From: Escherichia coli
GTDB lineage: Bacteria > Pseudomonadota > Gammaproteobacteria > Enterobacterales > Enterobacteriaceae
Assembly: GCF_011045215.1 (NCBI RefSeq)
Contig: NZ_CP049201.1
DNA length: 64,000 bases
Direction: 5' to 3' (one strand)
Below the pieces are notes generated by a model, which saw only the letters and a list, made by a program, of their open reading frames with translations, searched no databases and was not told where the DNA came from. Shown one piece after another: positions 19,529 through 31,944 of the stretch (position 1 is the first letter of the stretch; each line of letters opens with the position of its first letter). The translations under genes were made by a program, and so were the position numbers.

Positions 19529-20428
19529 ATGTCGCGAAAAGATGGGGTGTTGGCGCTACTGGTAGTGGTCGTATGGGGGCTAAATTTTGTGGTCATCAAA
19601 GTGGGGCTTCATAACATGCCACCGCTGATGCTGGCCGGTTTGCGCTTTATGCTGGTCGCTTTTCCGGCCATCTTTTTTGTCGCACGACCGAAAGTACCAC
19701 TGAATTTGCTGCTGGGGTATGGATTAACCATCAGTTTTGCGCAGTTTGCCTTTCTGTTCTGCGCCATTAATTTTGGTATGCCTGCTGGACTGGCTTCGCT
19801 GGTGTTACAGGCACAGGCGTTTTTTACTATCGTGCTTGGCGCGTTTACTTTCGGGGAGCGACTGCATGGCAAACAATTGGCGGGGATCGCCTTAGCGATT
19901 TTTGGCGTACTGGTGTTAATCGAAGATAGCTTTAACGGTCAGCATGTGGCGATGCTCGGTTTTATTTTGACTCTGGCAGCGGCATTTAGTTGGGCGAGTG
20001 GCAATATCTTCAACAAAAAGATCATGTCTCATTCATCCCGTCCGGCGGTAATGTCTCTGGTCGTCTGGAGCGCATTAATCCCGATAATTCCGTTTTTTGT
20101 CGCCTCGCTCATTCTCGATGGCTCCGGAAAAATGATTCACAGTCTGGTCACTATCGACATGACCACCATTCTGGCGTTGATGTATCTGGCATTTGTAGCG
20201 ACGATAGTTGGCTACGGGATTTGGGGTACGCTGCTTGGACGCTATGAAACATGGCGTGTCGCACCATTATCATTACTGGTGCCGGTAGTCGGTCTGGCAA
20301 GTGCAGCGTTACTGCTGGATGAACGCTTAACAGGTCTGCAATTCTTAGGGGCTGTGCTCATTATGGCCGGACTGTATATCAATGTATTTGGTTTGCAGTG
20401 GCGTAAAGCGGTGAAGGTAAGAGGTTAA
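19529..20428 (+). CDS. eamA: Cysteine/O-acetylserine exporter EamA (YdeD), DMT family
   Basis: Start at MSRKDGVLALLVVVVWGLNFVVIKVGL; 299 aa with two EamA-type repeats. Confidence 0.85.
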   Translation: MSRKDGVLALLVVVVWGLNFVVIKVGLHNMPPLMLAGLRFMLVAFPAIFFVARPKVPLNLLLGYGLTISFAQFAFLFCAINFGMPAGLASLVLQAQAFFTIVLGAFTFGERLHGKQLAGIALAIFGVLVLIEDSFNGQHVAMLGFILTLAAAFSWASGNIFNKKIMSHSSRPAVMSLVVWSALIPIIPFFVASLILDGSGKMIHSLVTIDMTTILALMYLAFVATIVGYGIWGTLLGRYETWRVAPLSLLVPVVGLASAALLLDERLTGLQFLGAVLIMAGLYINVFGLQWRKAVKVRG

Positions 20429-20431
20429 CAA

Positions 20432-20449
20432 GCCCCGATATGCCGGGGC
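20432..20449. terminator. Hairpin between convergent eamA and marB
   Basis: Stem GCCCCG/CGGGGC with a 6-nt loop, immediately after the eamA stop. Confidence 0.4.
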
Positions 20450-20458
20450 CTGAATATA

Positions 20459-20677
20459 CTACATGGCTTGTTGGTTATAATAGGGCACGCCCAGCGCATC
20501 CGATTTGTCACTGCCTGTACCCATGTGATTTAAATCGAACGGTGGTTGTTCCTGCGATGGGGGAACAACCACCACATCGCCACAGGAAGTAACGAGCGGT
20601 TGCTGGGTTTGTTCCGCAAAGCCCTGCGCGGAAAAGAGAATAAGCGCAGCTGCTATTGCGGATAAAAGTGGTTTCAT
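20459..20677 (-). CDS. marB: Periplasmic protein MarB
   Basis: 72 aa with a signal peptide; last gene of marRAB. Confidence 0.8.
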   Translation of the reverse strand: MKPLLSAIAAALILFSAQGFAEQTQQPLVTSCGDVVVVPPSQEQPPFDLNHMGTGSDKSDALGVPYYNQQAM

Positions 20678-20708
20678 GATTGCCTCAGTGACGTTGTCAC
20701 GTTATCAA

Positions 20709-21092
20709 CTAGCTGTTGTAATGATTTAATGGATGTAAAAAGCGCGATTCGCCCTGCATATTGGTCATCCGGTATTTATGCGGCGGAACATCAAAGTAAT
20801 TTTTGAAGGTTCGGGTCAGAGTTTGTTGCGACTCGAAGCCATATCGTTCTGCCAGATAGAGTATTGGCTCGTTACTTTCCTTCAGCTTTTGCGCGATTTC
20901 CGTCATCTTACGGCTGCGGATGTATTGGCCTAATGAATGACCGGTTTCTTTTTTAAACATCCGTTGCAGGTGCCATTTGGAGTAACCCGAACGCTCTGAC
21001 ACTTTCTCCAGTGACAGTGGCGATTCCAGGTTGTCCTCGATCCAGTCCAAAATGCTATGAATGGTAATAGCGTCAGTATTGCGTCTGGACAT
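20709..21092 (-). CDS. marA: AraC/XylS-family multiple-antibiotic-resistance activator MarA
   Basis: Dual helix-turn-helix AraC sequence ([28 protein letters not shown]...). An alternative start six nucleotides upstream (MTMSRR, at 21098) is possible. Confidence 0.9.
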
Positions 21093-21112
21093 CGTCATAC
21101 CTCATTTTTTGT

Positions 21113-21547
21113 TTACGGCAGGACTTTCTTAAGCAAATGCTCAAGTGTTGCCACTTCGTCCGCCGTCAGGTTTTTTGTTAATTCTTGATGCAGGTCCTGG
21201 CCAACTAATTGATGGCATTGTTCACATATTGCCGCGCCGCTGGTGGTAAGTTTTACCAGTACGCCGCGCTTATCATTCGGGTTCGGCAACCTTTCAACCC
21301 AGCCTTTACAGACCAGGCGATCCAGCATACGGGTCAGTGCTCCCAGGTCGACCGACAACACTTTTTTCAGTTCAACCGGAGTAATACACGCCGCGCAGCG
21401 GATAGAGCAGAGCACCTTAAACTGTGCCGCAGTAATATCCAGCGGAGACAGATACTCATTAAGCAGACGATCTTTCTTCTGATTAACCATATGGATTAAG
21501 CGACCCAATGGAATAATTTCATTGAACAGATCGCTGGTACTTTTCAC
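21113..21547 (-). CDS. marR: Transcriptional repressor MarR
   Basis: 144 aa; winged-helix MarR sequence. Confidence 0.9.
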   Translation of the reverse strand: MKSTSDLFNEIIPLGRLIHMVNQKKDRLLNEYLSPLDITAAQFKVLCSIRCAACITPVELKKVLSVDLGALTRMLDRLVCKGWVERLPNPNDKRGVLVKLTTSGAAICEQCHQLVGQDLHQELTKNLTADEVATLEHLLKKVLP

Positions 21548-21758
21548 ATTAGTTGCCCTGGCAAGTAATTAGTTGCAGAGGATAATATTGCCCAGGCAAG
21601 TATAAGTCAAATGAATGAATTGACCGATGCCACGTTTTGCTAAATCGGTTCAAGTTTTGGTCAATGCGATGCAAGGTTAGCTAAAGAGTGACACTTTATC
21701 CTTGTTTACCCCTTATACTTTTCGCTGATAACCCAGATACACAGGATAACAACCACCA
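21548..21758. promoter_or_regulatory. marO divergent promoter/operator region (marRAB versus marC)
   Basis: Intergenic region between divergent marR and marC. Known to carry MarR operator sites and the marbox; individual sites were not mapped here. Confidence 0.6.
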
Positions 21759-22424
21759 ATGTTAGATTTGTTTAAAGCAATTGGCCTGGGGCTGGTGGTG
21801 TTACTGCCGTTAGCTAACCCATTAACAACTGTCGCGTTATTTCTTGGCCTGGCAGGCAACATGAACAGTGCCGAACGTAATCGTCAGTCGTTGATGGCCT
21901 CGGTGTACGTATTTGCCATCATGATGGTGGCGTATTACGCCGGGCAACTGGTGATGGATACATTTGGCATTTCGATTCCCGGTCTGCGAATTGCAGGCGG
22001 CTTAATCGTCGCTTTTATCGGTTTTCGGATGCTTTTTCCGCAACAGAAAGCGATTGATTCACCGGAGGCGAAAAGCAAGTCGGAAGAGCTGGAAGATGAA
22101 CCCAGTGCCAATATTGCCTTTGTGCCACTGGCAATGCCAAGTACCGCCGGTCCGGGAACCATTGCGATGATTATTAGCTCGGCGTCCACAGTGCGTCAGA
22201 GTTCAACCTTCGCTGATTGGGTTCTGATGGTTGCGCCGCCGCTGATCTTTTTCCTGGTGGCGGTTATTTTGTGGGGAAGCCTACGCAGCTCCGGCGCAAT
22301 TATGCGGCTGGTGGGCAAGGGGGGAATTGAAGCGATCTCCCGCCTGATGGGGTTCCTGCTGGTATGTATGGGTGTGCAGTTTATTATTAACGGCATCCTG
22401 GAAATCATTAAAACGTACCATTAA
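21759..22424 (+). CDS. marC: Inner membrane protein MarC (MarC/UPF0056 family)
   Basis: 221 aa; polytopic membrane protein. Confidence 0.85.
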   Translation: MLDLFKAIGLGLVVLLPLANPLTTVALFLGLAGNMNSAERNRQSLMASVYVFAIMMVAYYAGQLVMDTFGISIPGLRIAGGLIVAFIGFRMLFPQQKAIDSPEAKSKSEELEDEPSANIAFVPLAMPSTAGPGTIAMIISSASTVRQSSTFADWVLMVAPPLIFFLVAVILWGSLRSSGAIMRLVGKGGIEAISRLMGFLLVCMGVQFIINGILEIIKTYH

Positions 22425-22425
22425 A

Positions 22426-22445
22426 AAAGGCCCGAATGGGCCTTT
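22426..22445. terminator. Bidirectional terminator between marC and sotB
   Basis: AAAGGCCCGAATGGGCCTTT, flanked by an A-run and a T-run. Confidence 0.5.
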
Positions 22446-22448
22446 CAA

Positions 22449-23639
22449 CTATTGCGTCTGTTCTTCGAGTGTCACTGGCCAGCGGCGAAATATAATGATT
22501 GACCATATTAACGCGGCAAAAGCAGGCACCGCGCCCACATAACCAATCATCGACATTGACCAGTGCAGACTCACCTGATTACCTACCAACGCACCCGCCC
22601 CGATTCCAATATTAAATATCCCGGAGAATAGCGCCATCGCGACGTCGGTGGCATCTGGTGCCAGCGCCAGCACTTTAACCTGCATACCAAGCCCGATGAT
22701 CATCATCGCGATCCCCCAGAAAATACTCAGCACCCCGAGGTGTATTTCACTGTTCGCCGCAGGTAGCAGCAGTGCCAGACACACCAGCAACAGCGCAATC
22801 GCCGTACTTACCAACGCAGACGCATATTGATTACCCAGTTTACCGAAAATCACGCTGCCAATAATGCCCGCACCACCGAGTAATAACAGTAATGCCGTGG
22901 CAAAGTTGGCGCTGAATCCCGCAATGTTTTGCACAAAAGGCTCAATATAGCTGTATGCCGTGTAATGGGCGGTGACAACCACCACAGTTAACAAATAAAT
23001 GCTCATCAATGCCGGGCGGCGGAACAATAGCGGGAGGCTTTTCAATGAACCGGAATGCTCACTGGGCAGTAAGGGAAGTAACTTAATCAGGCACAAAAGG
23101 GTAATAAGCGCCCCGATACCAATCGCGAAGAAGGTCATTCGCCAACCGAAATACTGCCCCACAATGCGCCCGAGAGGTAATCCTAATACCATTGCCAGTG
23201 CTGTACCTGTGGCAATTAAACTCAATGCCTGTGCTCGCTTCCCGGCCGGAGCCATACGGATCGCCAGGGACGCCGTAATCGACCAGAAAATCGCATGTGC
23301 AAAAGCCACACCAATGCGACTGATCACCAGAACGGTAAAGCTCCACGATAAAAACGACAGTACGTGGCTGGCAATAAACACCACAAACAGGCAGATCAGT
23401 AATTTGCGCCGTTCAACCTGGCTGGTCATTAGCATAAAAGGCAATGACATTAGCGCTACTACCCATGCGTAAATGGTCAACATAATGCCGACCTGAGCGG
23501 TTTGCATGTGAAAACTTTGCGCAATGTCAGAGAGCAGGCCAACAGGGACAAATTCGGTGGTGTTGAAGATGAAGGCGGCGACTGCCAGCGTAACGACCCG
23601 TAGCCACGCCACTTTGCGGGAAACAGTGTTTGTTGTCAT
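22449..23639 (-). CDS. sotB: MFS sugar efflux transporter SotB (YdeA)
   Basis: 396 aa; MFS sequence. Confidence 0.85.
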
Positions 23640-23789
23640 AACAGATTATCGGGTGAGTTGCGAAAAAGTGATGAAATGATCTTAAAACGGTTAATGATGT
23701 GAATACAATGCATTTGTGATCTGGATCGCGTTTTCCGTTTCTCTGACGCTGATTCTTTCACGCGTCAGAGAGACGGTAAACATCACGGT

Positions 23790-24905
23790 TTAATGACGAT
23801 CAGGAATGTCTGGCGTTTTGGAGGTTGCGGGTATAGGTGGTCTGACAGGGGAGCGAGGCCTGTTTTTCACCAGGTCTTCATGAGTAACTTTTGGCGGTGT
23901 TTCATTTTTTACAAAAAGTTTGAGGGTCTTGCGCGCCATATGTTTGATAATTTTATCATCACTTAATGATGCTGGCATCAACACGTCATTCAAATCACTT
24001 TCATTGGGATTCATAAATTGGTGATAGTGTAACAACATATTGGCGAAAAATAAAAACAAGTCCTGAAAATGAGGAGGTTCTTGTTCTGCTAAAAGGGATA
24101 AAAAGCAGATGCAGACTTCGGGTAGTACATGTTTGTTAGAACCTAATGAATCCATCAGGCTTTGCAATAAATCCTCTTTTAATTCGCTGTCCGTTATGTC
24201 GAGAATGGCGGTGATCAAGTTAGGATCTTTATTGACGAACCATCTGTGAACCTCAGAGTTATTCCATAATCGGGGGAGTATGACAAAATTACCGCGAGAG
24301 ATAAAATTCAGGACAAGCAAATCAAACTGGCGTAAGTAATCTGCAGCGGTATGGTGATCCGGAGGCAGGGGTTCAATATGTGGTGTATGCGCTCTTTTGA
24401 TGGGAACGGCAGGGTTGATCATTGGAAATTGTTCAATAAAATCATTCAGAAACAGAAAGAGCACACGCTCGACGCCGGTCTGAAATACGCGCCCCATAGT
24501 GACAGGCTTTGGGTTGGGAGCGCAAAAAATATTAATTTCTCCATCATGGCGGAAATTATCTAAATAAATAGGGCTTAAATTTATTACTACCTGAAATTCA
24601 ATATTTTCTTTGTGTCTTCCATTCCTGGCGGGATAAGTGAGTTTAAACTGAACCTTTTCATTGTATAGCGTGTCGTTACCCCGAAAAGAAGTCCTCTGAA
24701 TATATGATAAGTTGTCAAGGTTATTAAATATCTTTTTTGTGGCTGAGTTGATGTTTAAAGACGTGCGCCACTCTTCATTACATATTATTGTACTAAGTGC
24801 ATCAATAAAATCCTTTAAAACTTCTTTTACCTGCGGTGCAATATTACGAACGGGAAAATCATCAGGAAGAGATATGTAATTGCTGATGCTTACTGGCGTA
24901 ACCAT
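23790..24905 (-). CDS. yneK: Uncharacterised protein YneK
   Basis: 371-aa ORF in the conserved position between sotB and yneJ; relatively AT-rich. Confidence 0.7.
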   Translation of the reverse strand: MVTPVSISNYISLPDDFPVRNIAPQVKEVLKDFIDALSTIICNEEWRTSLNINSATKKIFNNLDNLSYIQRTSFRGNDTLYNEKVQFKLTYPARNGRHKENIEFQVVINLSPIYLDNFRHDGEINIFCAPNPKPVTMGRVFQTGVERVLFLFLNDFIEQFPMINPAVPIKRAHTPHIEPLPPDHHTAADYLRQFDLLVLNFISRGNFVILPRLWNNSEVHRWFVNKDPNLITAILDITDSELKEDLLQSLMDSLGSNKHVLPEVCICFLSLLAEQEPPHFQDLFLFFANMLLHYHQFMNPNESDLNDVLMPASLSDDKIIKHMARKTLKLFVKNETPPKVTHEDLVKNRPRSPVRPPIPATSKTPDIPDRH

Positions 24906-24982
24906 ATTTGCCCCATATAGTCATAAGTCATCGGAACATCACTATATAGAGCATATTAACCGCAAGAACTATCAAAAATAGC

Positions 24983-25864
24983 TCATTGATATCCCTGTCT
25001 TGCCGAGTCAGGCACATCCAGCAGTTGAATAAATGCCTCGAGCGGACGTGTTTTCGCACCACGACGCCAGACCAGCCAGGTTGTTAACCAACGCCATTGC
25101 TCAGCTAACGGCCACGCTTCAACCTGGTGATGCCCCGGCATACTTTCCAGCATAGAGCGCGGAATAAGCGCAATGCCTGCTCCTGCGACTACACAGGCCA
25201 ACATTCCGTGATAAGACTCCATCTCATGGATAGTTCCCGGAGCGGCACCGTCAGCATGAAACCAGCTCTCGAAGTGGCGACGATACGAACAATTGGCACG
25301 GAAGGCATAAATGTTACTGCCATTAACCTGACTGGCACGGATTACTGGCGCATGACCTTGTGGCGTGACGATCATCAGCTCCTCGCGGTATACCGGTATC
25401 CCGTCAATGGCAGTATGGTTAATGGGTCCATCAATAAACGCCGCATTAAGTTTTCCCTCCAGCACACCTTCCAGCATAGTGCCGGAAGGGCCGGTGGAAA
25501 GTGAAAACTGAATTTTGGGATAACGACGGTTGAATTCCGCCAGCGTGGCCGGAATGCGAACTGCTGCGGTGCTTTCCAGCGAACCCAGAGAAAATAAACC
25601 TTGCGGCTCATCGCCAGCGACAACGCTCCGCGCTTCATCCACTAACGCGAGAATTTGTTGGCTATAGCGTAAAAAGTTATGCCCGGCAGGAGATAGACGT
25701 AAACGCTGATTCTCGCGAATAAACAGATCTACCCCCAGTTCTGTTTCCAGCTGGCGTAGACGGGTAGTGAGATTCGACGGCACGCGATGCACTATTGCTG
25801 CAGCCTGCGTAATGCTGCCAGCTTCGGCAACCGCGTTGAACATCTCCAGTTGGGTCAGATCCAT
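24983..25864 (-). CDS. yneJ: LysR-family transcriptional regulator YneJ
   Basis: N-terminal LysR helix-turn-helix ([22 protein letters not shown]); divergent from sad. Confidence 0.8.
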   Translation of the reverse strand: MDLTQLEMFNAVAEAGSITQAAAIVHRVPSNLTTRLRQLETELGVDLFIRENQRLRLSPAGHNFLRYSQQILALVDEARSVVAGDEPQGLFSLGSLESTAAVRIPATLAEFNRRYPKIQFSLSTGPSGTMLEGVLEGKLNAAFIDGPINHTAIDGIPVYREELMIVTPQGHAPVIRASQVNGSNIYAFRANCSYRRHFESWFHADGAAPGTIHEMESYHGMLACVVAGAGIALIPRSMLESMPGHHQVEAWPLAEQWRWLTTWLVWRRGAKTRPLEAFIQLLDVPDSARQGYQ

Positions 25865-25964
25865 AACATTCTCGATTCGTGAATAAGTGGCTTAATATTA
25901 TTCATTTTAAAGCAAGAGTAAATCTGCGTATCTTCATACCATGACTCATAAAGGAGATACCCCG

Positions 25965-27353
25965 ATGACCATTACTCCGGCAACTCATGCAATTTCGATA
26001 AATCCTGCCACGGGTGAACAACTTTCTGTGTTGCCGTGGGCTGGCGCTGATGATATCGAAAACGCACTTCAGCTGGCGGCAGCAGGCTTTCGTGACTGGC
26101 GCGAGACAAATATAGATTATCGTGCTGAAAAACTGCGTGATATCGGTAAGGCTCTGCGCGCTCGTAGCGAAGAAATGGCGCAAATGATCACCAGCGAAAT
26201 GGGCAAACCAATCAACCAGGCGCGCGCTGAAGTGGCGAAATCGGCGAATTTGTGTGACTGGTATGCAGAACATGGTCCGGCAATGCTGAAGGCGGAACCT
26301 ACGCTGGTGGAAAATCAGCAGGCGGTTATTGAGTATCGACCGTTGGGGACGATTCTGGCGATTATGCCGTGGAATTTTCCGTTATGGCAGGTGATGCGTG
26401 GCGCTGTTCCCATCATTCTTGCAGGTAACGGCTACTTACTTAAACATGCGCCGAATGTGATGGGCTGTGCACAGCTCATTGCCCAGGTGTTTAAAGATGC
26501 GGGTATCCCACAAGGCGTATATGGCTGGCTGAATGCCGACAACGACGGTGTCAGTCAGATGATTAAAGACTCGCGCATTGCTGCTATCACGGTGACCGGA
26601 AGTGTTCGTGCTGGAGCGGCTATTGGCGCACAGGCTGGAGCGGCACTGAAAAAATGCGTACTGGAACTGGGCGGTTCGGATCCGTTTATTGTGCTTAACG
26701 ATGCCGATCTGGAACTGGCGGTGAAAGCGGCGGTAGCCGGACGTTATCAGAATACCGGACAGGTTTGTGCAGCGGCAAAACGTTTTATCATCGAAGAGGG
26801 AATTGCTTCGGCATTTACCGAACGTTTTGTGGCAGCTGCGGCAGCCTTGAAAATGGGCGATCCCCGTGACGAAGAGAACACTCTCGGACCAATGGCTCGT
26901 TTTGATTTACGTGATGAGCTGCATCATCAGGTGGAGAAAACCCTGGCGCAGGGTGCGCATTTGTTACTGGGCGGGGAAAAGATGGCTGGGGCAGGTAACT
27001 ACTATCCGCCAACGGTTCTGGCGAATGTTACCCCAGAAATGACCGCATTTCGGGAAGAAATGTTTGGCCCCGTTGCGGCAATCACCATTGCGAAAGATGC
27101 AGAACATGCACTGGAACTGGCTAATGATAGTGAGTTCGGCCTTTCAGCAACTATTTTTACCACCGACGAAACACAGGCCAGACAGATGGCGGCACGTCTG
27201 GAATGCGGTGGGGTGTTTATCAATGGTTATTGTGCCAGCGACGCGCGAGTGGCCTTTGGTGGCGTGAAAAAGAGTGGTTTTGGTCGTGAGCTTTCCCATT
27301 TCGGCTTACACGAATTCTGTAATATCCAGACGGTGTGGAAAGACCGGATCTGA
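25965..27353 (+). CDS. sad: NAD(P)-dependent succinate-semialdehyde dehydrogenase Sad (YneI)
   Basis: Aldehyde dehydrogenase family with a catalytic Cys region; start at [10 protein letters not shown]. Confidence 0.85.
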   Translation: MTITPATHAISINPATGEQLSVLPWAGADDIENALQLAAAGFRDWRETNIDYRAEKLRDIGKALRARSEEMAQMITSEMGKPINQARAEVAKSANLCDWYAEHGPAMLKAEPTLVENQQAVIEYRPLGTILAIMPWNFPLWQVMRGAVPIILAGNGYLLKHAPNVMGCAQLIAQVFKDAGIPQGVYGWLNADNDGVSQMIKDSRIAAITVTGSVRAGAAIGAQAGAALKKCVLELGGSDPFIVLNDADLELAVKAAVAGRYQNTGQVCAAAKRFIIEEGIASAFTERFVAAAAALKMGDPRDEENTLGPMARFDLRDELHHQVEKTLAQGAHLLLGGEKMAGAGNYYPPTVLANVTPEMTAFREEMFGPVAAITIAKDAEHALELANDSEFGLSATIFTTDETQARQMAARLECGGVFINGYCASDARVAFGGVKKSGFGRELSHFGLHEFCNIQTVWKDRI

Positions 27354-27416
27354 CGCGACATATTTAGCTCTGATATACTCGCAGGTCTTTTCAGACCTGC
27401 GGTCCAGGAGTAGAAA

Positions 27417-28343
27417 GTGGCAGTCGCCATGGATAATGCAATTTTAGAAAACATCTTGCGGCAAGTGCGGCCGCTCATTGGTCAGGGTAAAGTCGCGGAT
27501 TATATTCCGGCGCTGGCTACGGTAGACGGTTCCCGATTGGGCATTGCTATCTGTACCGTTGACGGACAGCTTTTTCAGGCCGGAGACGCGCAAGAACGTT
27601 TTTCCATTCAGTCTATTTCCAAAGTGCTGAGTCTCGTTGTCGCCATGCGTCATTACTCCGAAGAGGAAATCTGGCAACGCGTCGGCAAAGATCCGTCTGG
27701 ATCACCGTTCAATTCTTTAGTGCAACTGGAAATGGAGCAGGGTATTCCGCGTAATCCGTTTATTAATGCCGGTGCGCTGGTGGTCTGCGATATGTTGCAA
27801 GGGCGATTAAGCGCACCACGGCAACGTATGCTGGAAGTCGTGCGCGGCTTAAGCGGTGTGTCTGATATTTCCTACGATACGGTGGTAGCGCGTTCCGAAT
27901 TTGAACATTCCGCGCGAAATGCGGCTATCGCCTGGCTGATGAAGTCGTTTGGCAATTTCCATCATGACGTGACAACCGTTCTGCAAAACTACTTTCATTA
28001 CTGCGCTCTGAAAATGAGCTGTGTAGAGCTGGCCCGGACGTTTGTCTTTCTGGCTAATCAGGGGAAAGCTATTCATATTGATGAACCTGTGGTGACGCCA
28101 ATGCAGGCACGGCAAATTAACGCGCTGATGGCGACCAGTGGTATGTACCAGAACGCGGGGGAGTTTGCCTGGCGGGTGGGACTACCGGCGAAATCTGGCG
28201 TTGGTGGCGGTATTGTGGCGATTGTTCCGCATGAAATGGCCATCGCAGTCTGGAGTCCGGAACTGGATGATGCTGGTAACTCGCTTGCGGGCATTGCCGT
28301 CCTTGAACAATTGACGAAACAGTTAGGGCGTTCGGTTTATTAA
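27417..28343 (+). CDS. glsB: Glutaminase 2 (GlsB/YneH)
   Basis: 308 aa; serine-dependent glutaminase family. Confidence 0.85.
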   Translation: MAVAMDNAILENILRQVRPLIGQGKVADYIPALATVDGSRLGIAICTVDGQLFQAGDAQERFSIQSISKVLSLVVAMRHYSEEEIWQRVGKDPSGSPFNSLVQLEMEQGIPRNPFINAGALVVCDMLQGRLSAPRQRMLEVVRGLSGVSDISYDTVVARSEFEHSARNAAIAWLMKSFGNFHHDVTTVLQNYFHYCALKMSCVELARTFVFLANQGKAIHIDEPVVTPMQARQINALMATSGMYQNAGEFAWRVGLPAKSGVGGGIVAIVPHEMAIAVWSPELDDAGNSLAGIAVLEQLTKQLGRSVY

Positions 28344-28702
28344 TGCAGTCTCTCGATCCACTCTTCGCGCGTTTATCCCGTTCAAAATTTCGATCTCGCT
28401 TTCGTTTGGGCATGAAAGAGCGTCAGTATTGTCTGGAGAAAGGCGCGCCAGTCATCGAACAACATGCGGCGGATTTTGTCGCTAAACGTCTTGCTCCGGC
28501 ATTACCGGCTAATGACGGTAAGCAAACCCCCATGCGCGGGCATCCGGTGTTTATCGCTCAGCACGCCACTGCAACCTGTTGTCGCGGTTGTCTGGCTAAG
28601 TGGCATAACATTCCGCAGGGTGTTTCGTTAAGCGAGCAACAACAACGTTATATCGTGGCGGTAATCTATCACTGGCTGGTTGTACAGATGAATCAGCCAT
28701 GA
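28343..28702 (+). CDS. yneG: DUF4186-family protein YneG
   Basis: 119 aa; start overlaps the glsB stop. Confidence 0.7.
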   Translation: MQSLDPLFARLSRSKFRSRFRLGMKERQYCLEKGAPVIEQHAADFVAKRLAPALPANDGKQTPMRGHPVFIAQHATATCCRGCLAKWHNIPQGVSLSEQQQRYIVAVIYHWLVVQMNQP

Positions 28703-28840
28703 GAATTGCGGAAAACGACAAAATAGTATTCCCAGGGTACCTTTATTTGCCGCCGCTGTCAGCGAACATGCTATCCTTTATGAGAATTTACTTATTACGT
28801 TGAGATAATTGCCACCCGCAATTGTATGGACAGATAATTA

Positions 28841-30259
28841 ATGCATGTACACCCCATTTCAACTTTCCGTGTGTTCCAGGAAGGTCATCTGCTACGTAAT
28901 AGCATCGCTATTTTTGCGCTAACCACGCTGTTCTATTTTATTGGTGCAGAGTTACGGCTGGTTCACGAACTTTCTCTTTTCTGGCCGCTGAATGGCGTAA
29001 TGGCGGGGGTGTTTGCCCGCTATGTCTGGCTTAATCGACTGCATTACTATGCGATCAGTTATGCGGCGATGCTGGTTTATGATGCCATAACCACCGAATG
29101 GGGACTGGTTTCACTGGCTATCAATTTCTCCAATATGATGTTTATTGTTACCGTCGCCTTACTGGTCGTGCGGGATAAGCGTCTGGGGAAAAATAAGTAT
29201 GAGCCAGTAAGTGCCTTACGGCTATTTAATTACTGTCTGATTGCCGCATTATTATGCGCTATTGTCGGGGCGATTGGTTCGGTCAGTATTGATAGTCTGG
29301 ATTTCTGGCCTTTGCTTGCGGACTGGTTCAGTGAGCAATTCTCAACGGGCGTGTTGATCGTGCCTTGTATGCTGACGTTGGCTATTCCTGGAGTGCTGCC
29401 GCGCTTTAAAGCAGAACAGATGATGCCCGCCATCGCGCTTATTGTGTCGGTTATTGCCTCGGTAGTCATTGGCGGAGCGGGGAGTCTGGCGTTCCCGCTG
29501 CCTGCATTAATCTGGTGTGCAGTGCGCTATACGCCGCAGGTAACATGTCTGTTGACCTTTGTTACCGGTGCGGTGGAAATCGTACTGGTGGCTAATTCGG
29601 TGATTGATATCTCGGTCGGTTCGCCGTTCTCCATTCCGGAAATGTTCTCCGCACGTCTCGGTATTGCCACGATGGCGATATGCCCAATTATGGTTTCTTT
29701 TAGCGTGGCAGCGATCAATTCGCTAATGAAGCAAGTTGCGCTGCGAGCCGACTTTGATTTTCTGACTCAGGTTTACTCACGGTCCGGTCTTTATGAGGCG
29801 CTGAAAAGTCCATCGCTGAAACAGACACAACATCTGACTGTCATGCTGCTTGATATCGACTATTTCAAAAGTATTAACGATAACTATGGACATGAATGTG
29901 GCGATAAAGTGTTAAGCGTGTTTGCCCGGCATATTCAGAAGATTGTCGGTGATAAGGGGCTGGTGGCGCGCATGGGCGGCGAAGAATTTGCTGTTGCAGT
30001 GCCGTCGGTGAATCCTGTCGATGGTCTGCTAATGGCGGAAAAAATCCGTAAAGGCGTTGAACTGCAACCATTCACCTGGCAACAAAAAACGCTTTATCTC
30101 ACGGTAAGTATTGGCGTCGGTAGTGGTCGCGCATCGTACCGAACGCTGACCGATGACTTTAATAAATTGATGGTCGAAGCCGATACGTGTCTGTATCGCT
30201 CGAAGAAAGATGGGCGCAACCGTACCAGCACTATGCGTTACGGTGAGGAAGTTGTCTGA
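28841..30259 (+). CDS. dgcF: Membrane-anchored diguanylate cyclase DgcF (YneF)
   Basis: N-terminal polytopic membrane sensor region followed by a GGDEF domain (RMGGEEF). Start codon is uncertain. Confidence 0.7.
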   Translation: MHVHPISTFRVFQEGHLLRNSIAIFALTTLFYFIGAELRLVHELSLFWPLNGVMAGVFARYVWLNRLHYYAISYAAMLVYDAITTEWGLVSLAINFSNMMFIVTVALLVVRDKRLGKNKYEPVSALRLFNYCLIAALLCAIVGAIGSVSIDSLDFWPLLADWFSEQFSTGVLIVPCMLTLAIPGVLPRFKAEQMMPAIALIVSVIASVVIGGAGSLAFPLPALIWCAVRYTPQVTCLLTFVTGAVEIVLVANSVIDISVGSPFSIPEMFSARLGIATMAICPIMVSFSVAAINSLMKQVALRADFDFLTQVYSRSGLYEALKSPSLKQTQHLTVMLLDIDYFKSINDNYGHECGDKVLSVFARHIQKIVGDKGLVARMGGEEFAVAVPSVNPVDGLLMAEKIRKGVELQPFTWQQKTLYLTVSIGVGSGRASYRTLTDDFNKLMVEADTCLYRSKKDGRNRTSTMRYGEEVV

Positions 30260-30485
30260 CATCTTTGTTCATTCAGAGCGATTTAAATGCAATGTGTTCT
30301 ACCACTTTATGATCCAGGAAAAGGCGTTTTTCCTCGATTAAACCATGATCCGCGCCACACTTTTCTCATAAAACTGCTCATTAATCATCAGGAGTTGATC
30401 AAAACAGGGGTTCGGCGTATTAAAGTTTGTTAACCTGTCGTACCAATTCAAACAGGTTGTATGACTAATCAGAAGGGAACCCATT

Positions 30486-31937
30486 GTGAAAACACTAAAT
30501 CGTCGCGATTTTCCCGGTGCACAGTATCCAGAACGTATCATTCAGTTTGGTGAAGGTAACTTCCTGCGCGCCTTTGTTGACTGGCAAATAGATCTCCTGA
30601 ATGAGCACACCGATCTGAATTCTGGCGTGGTCGTTGTTCGTCCGATTGAAACTTCATTCCCGCCGTCACTGAGCACGCAGGATGGTCTGTACACCACCAT
30701 TATCCGTGGCCTGAATGAGAAGGGGGAAGCGGTCAGCGACGCGCGTCTGATTCGCTCGGTTAATCGTGAAATCAGCGTCTACAGTGAATACGATGAATTC
30801 CTGAAACTGGCGCACAACCCGGAAATGCGCTTTGTTTTCTCTAACACCACCGAAGCGGGTATCAGCTACCATGCGGGCGATAAATTCGATGATGCGCCAG
30901 CGGTAAGCTATCCCGCAAAACTGACACGTCTGCTATTCGAGCGTTTTAGCCATTTCAACGGTGCGCTGGATAAAGGTTGGATCATCATCCCGTGTGAGTT
31001 GATCGACTACAATGGCGACGCGTTGCGTGAACTGGTGCTGCGCTATGCGCAAGAGTGGGCACTGCCAGAAGCATTTATTCAATGGCTGGATCAGGCTAAC
31101 AGCTTCTGTTCTACGCTGGTGGACCGTATCGTTACCGGTTATCCGCGTGATGAAGTGGCTAAACTGGAAGAAGAACTGGGTTATCACGATGGTTTCCTCG
31201 ACACCGCTGAACACTTTTACCTGTTTGTGATTCAGGGACCGGAATCCTTAGCGACCGAGCTGCGTCTGGACAAATATCCGCTCAACGTGCTGATTGTTGA
31301 CGATATTAAACCGTATAAAGAACGCAAAGTGGCAATACTCAACGGTGCACACACCGCGTTGGTGCCGGTGGCGTTCCAGGCAGGGCTGGATACCGTAGGT
31401 GAAGCGATGAACGATGCTGAAATTTGCGCATTCGTTGAAAAAGCCATCTACGAAGAAATTATTCCGGTACTGGATTTGCCACGCGATGAACTGGAATCTT
31501 TCGCCAGTGCAGTCACCGGGCGTTTCCGTAACCCGTACATTAAGCATCAGCTGCTGTCTATCGCGCTCAACGGTATGACCAAGTTCCGTACCCGCATCCT
31601 GCCGCAGCTGCTGGCAGGGCAGAAGGCAAACGGCACACTTCCGGCGCGCCTTACTTTCGCATTAGCGGCGTTGATTGCGTTCTATCGTGGTGAGCGTAAC
31701 GGAGAAACATATCCGGTACAGGACGATGCACACTGGCTGGAACGTTATCAGCAACTCTGGAGCCAGCATCGTGACCGTGTTATCGGTACCCAGGAACTGG
31801 TAGCGATTGTGTTGGCAGAAAAAGACCACTGGGAGCAGGACCTGACGCAAGTGCCTGGTCTGGTCGAGCAGGTTGCTAATGACCTGGATGCGATTCTTGA
31901 AAAAGGGATGCGCGAAGCTGTACGTCCGTTGTGCTAA
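30486..31937 (+). CDS. uxaB: Altronate oxidoreductase (tagaturonate reductase) UxaB
   Basis: 483 aa; mannitol-dehydrogenase-family N-terminus ([13 protein letters not shown]). Confidence 0.85.
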   Translation: MKTLNRRDFPGAQYPERIIQFGEGNFLRAFVDWQIDLLNEHTDLNSGVVVVRPIETSFPPSLSTQDGLYTTIIRGLNEKGEAVSDARLIRSVNREISVYSEYDEFLKLAHNPEMRFVFSNTTEAGISYHAGDKFDDAPAVSYPAKLTRLLFERFSHFNGALDKGWIIIPCELIDYNGDALRELVLRYAQEWALPEAFIQWLDQANSFCSTLVDRIVTGYPRDEVAKLEEELGYHDGFLDTAEHFYLFVIQGPESLATELRLDKYPLNVLIVDDIKPYKERKVAILNGAHTALVPVAFQAGLDTVGEAMNDAEICAFVEKAIYEEIIPVLDLPRDELESFASAVTGRFRNPYIKHQLLSIALNGMTKFRTRILPQLLAGQKANGTLPARLTFALAALIAFYRGERNGETYPVQDDAHWLERYQQLWSQHRDRVIGTQELVAIVLAEKDHWEQDLTQVPGLVEQVANDLDAILEKGMREAVRPLC

Positions 31938-31944
31938 TACTCTG

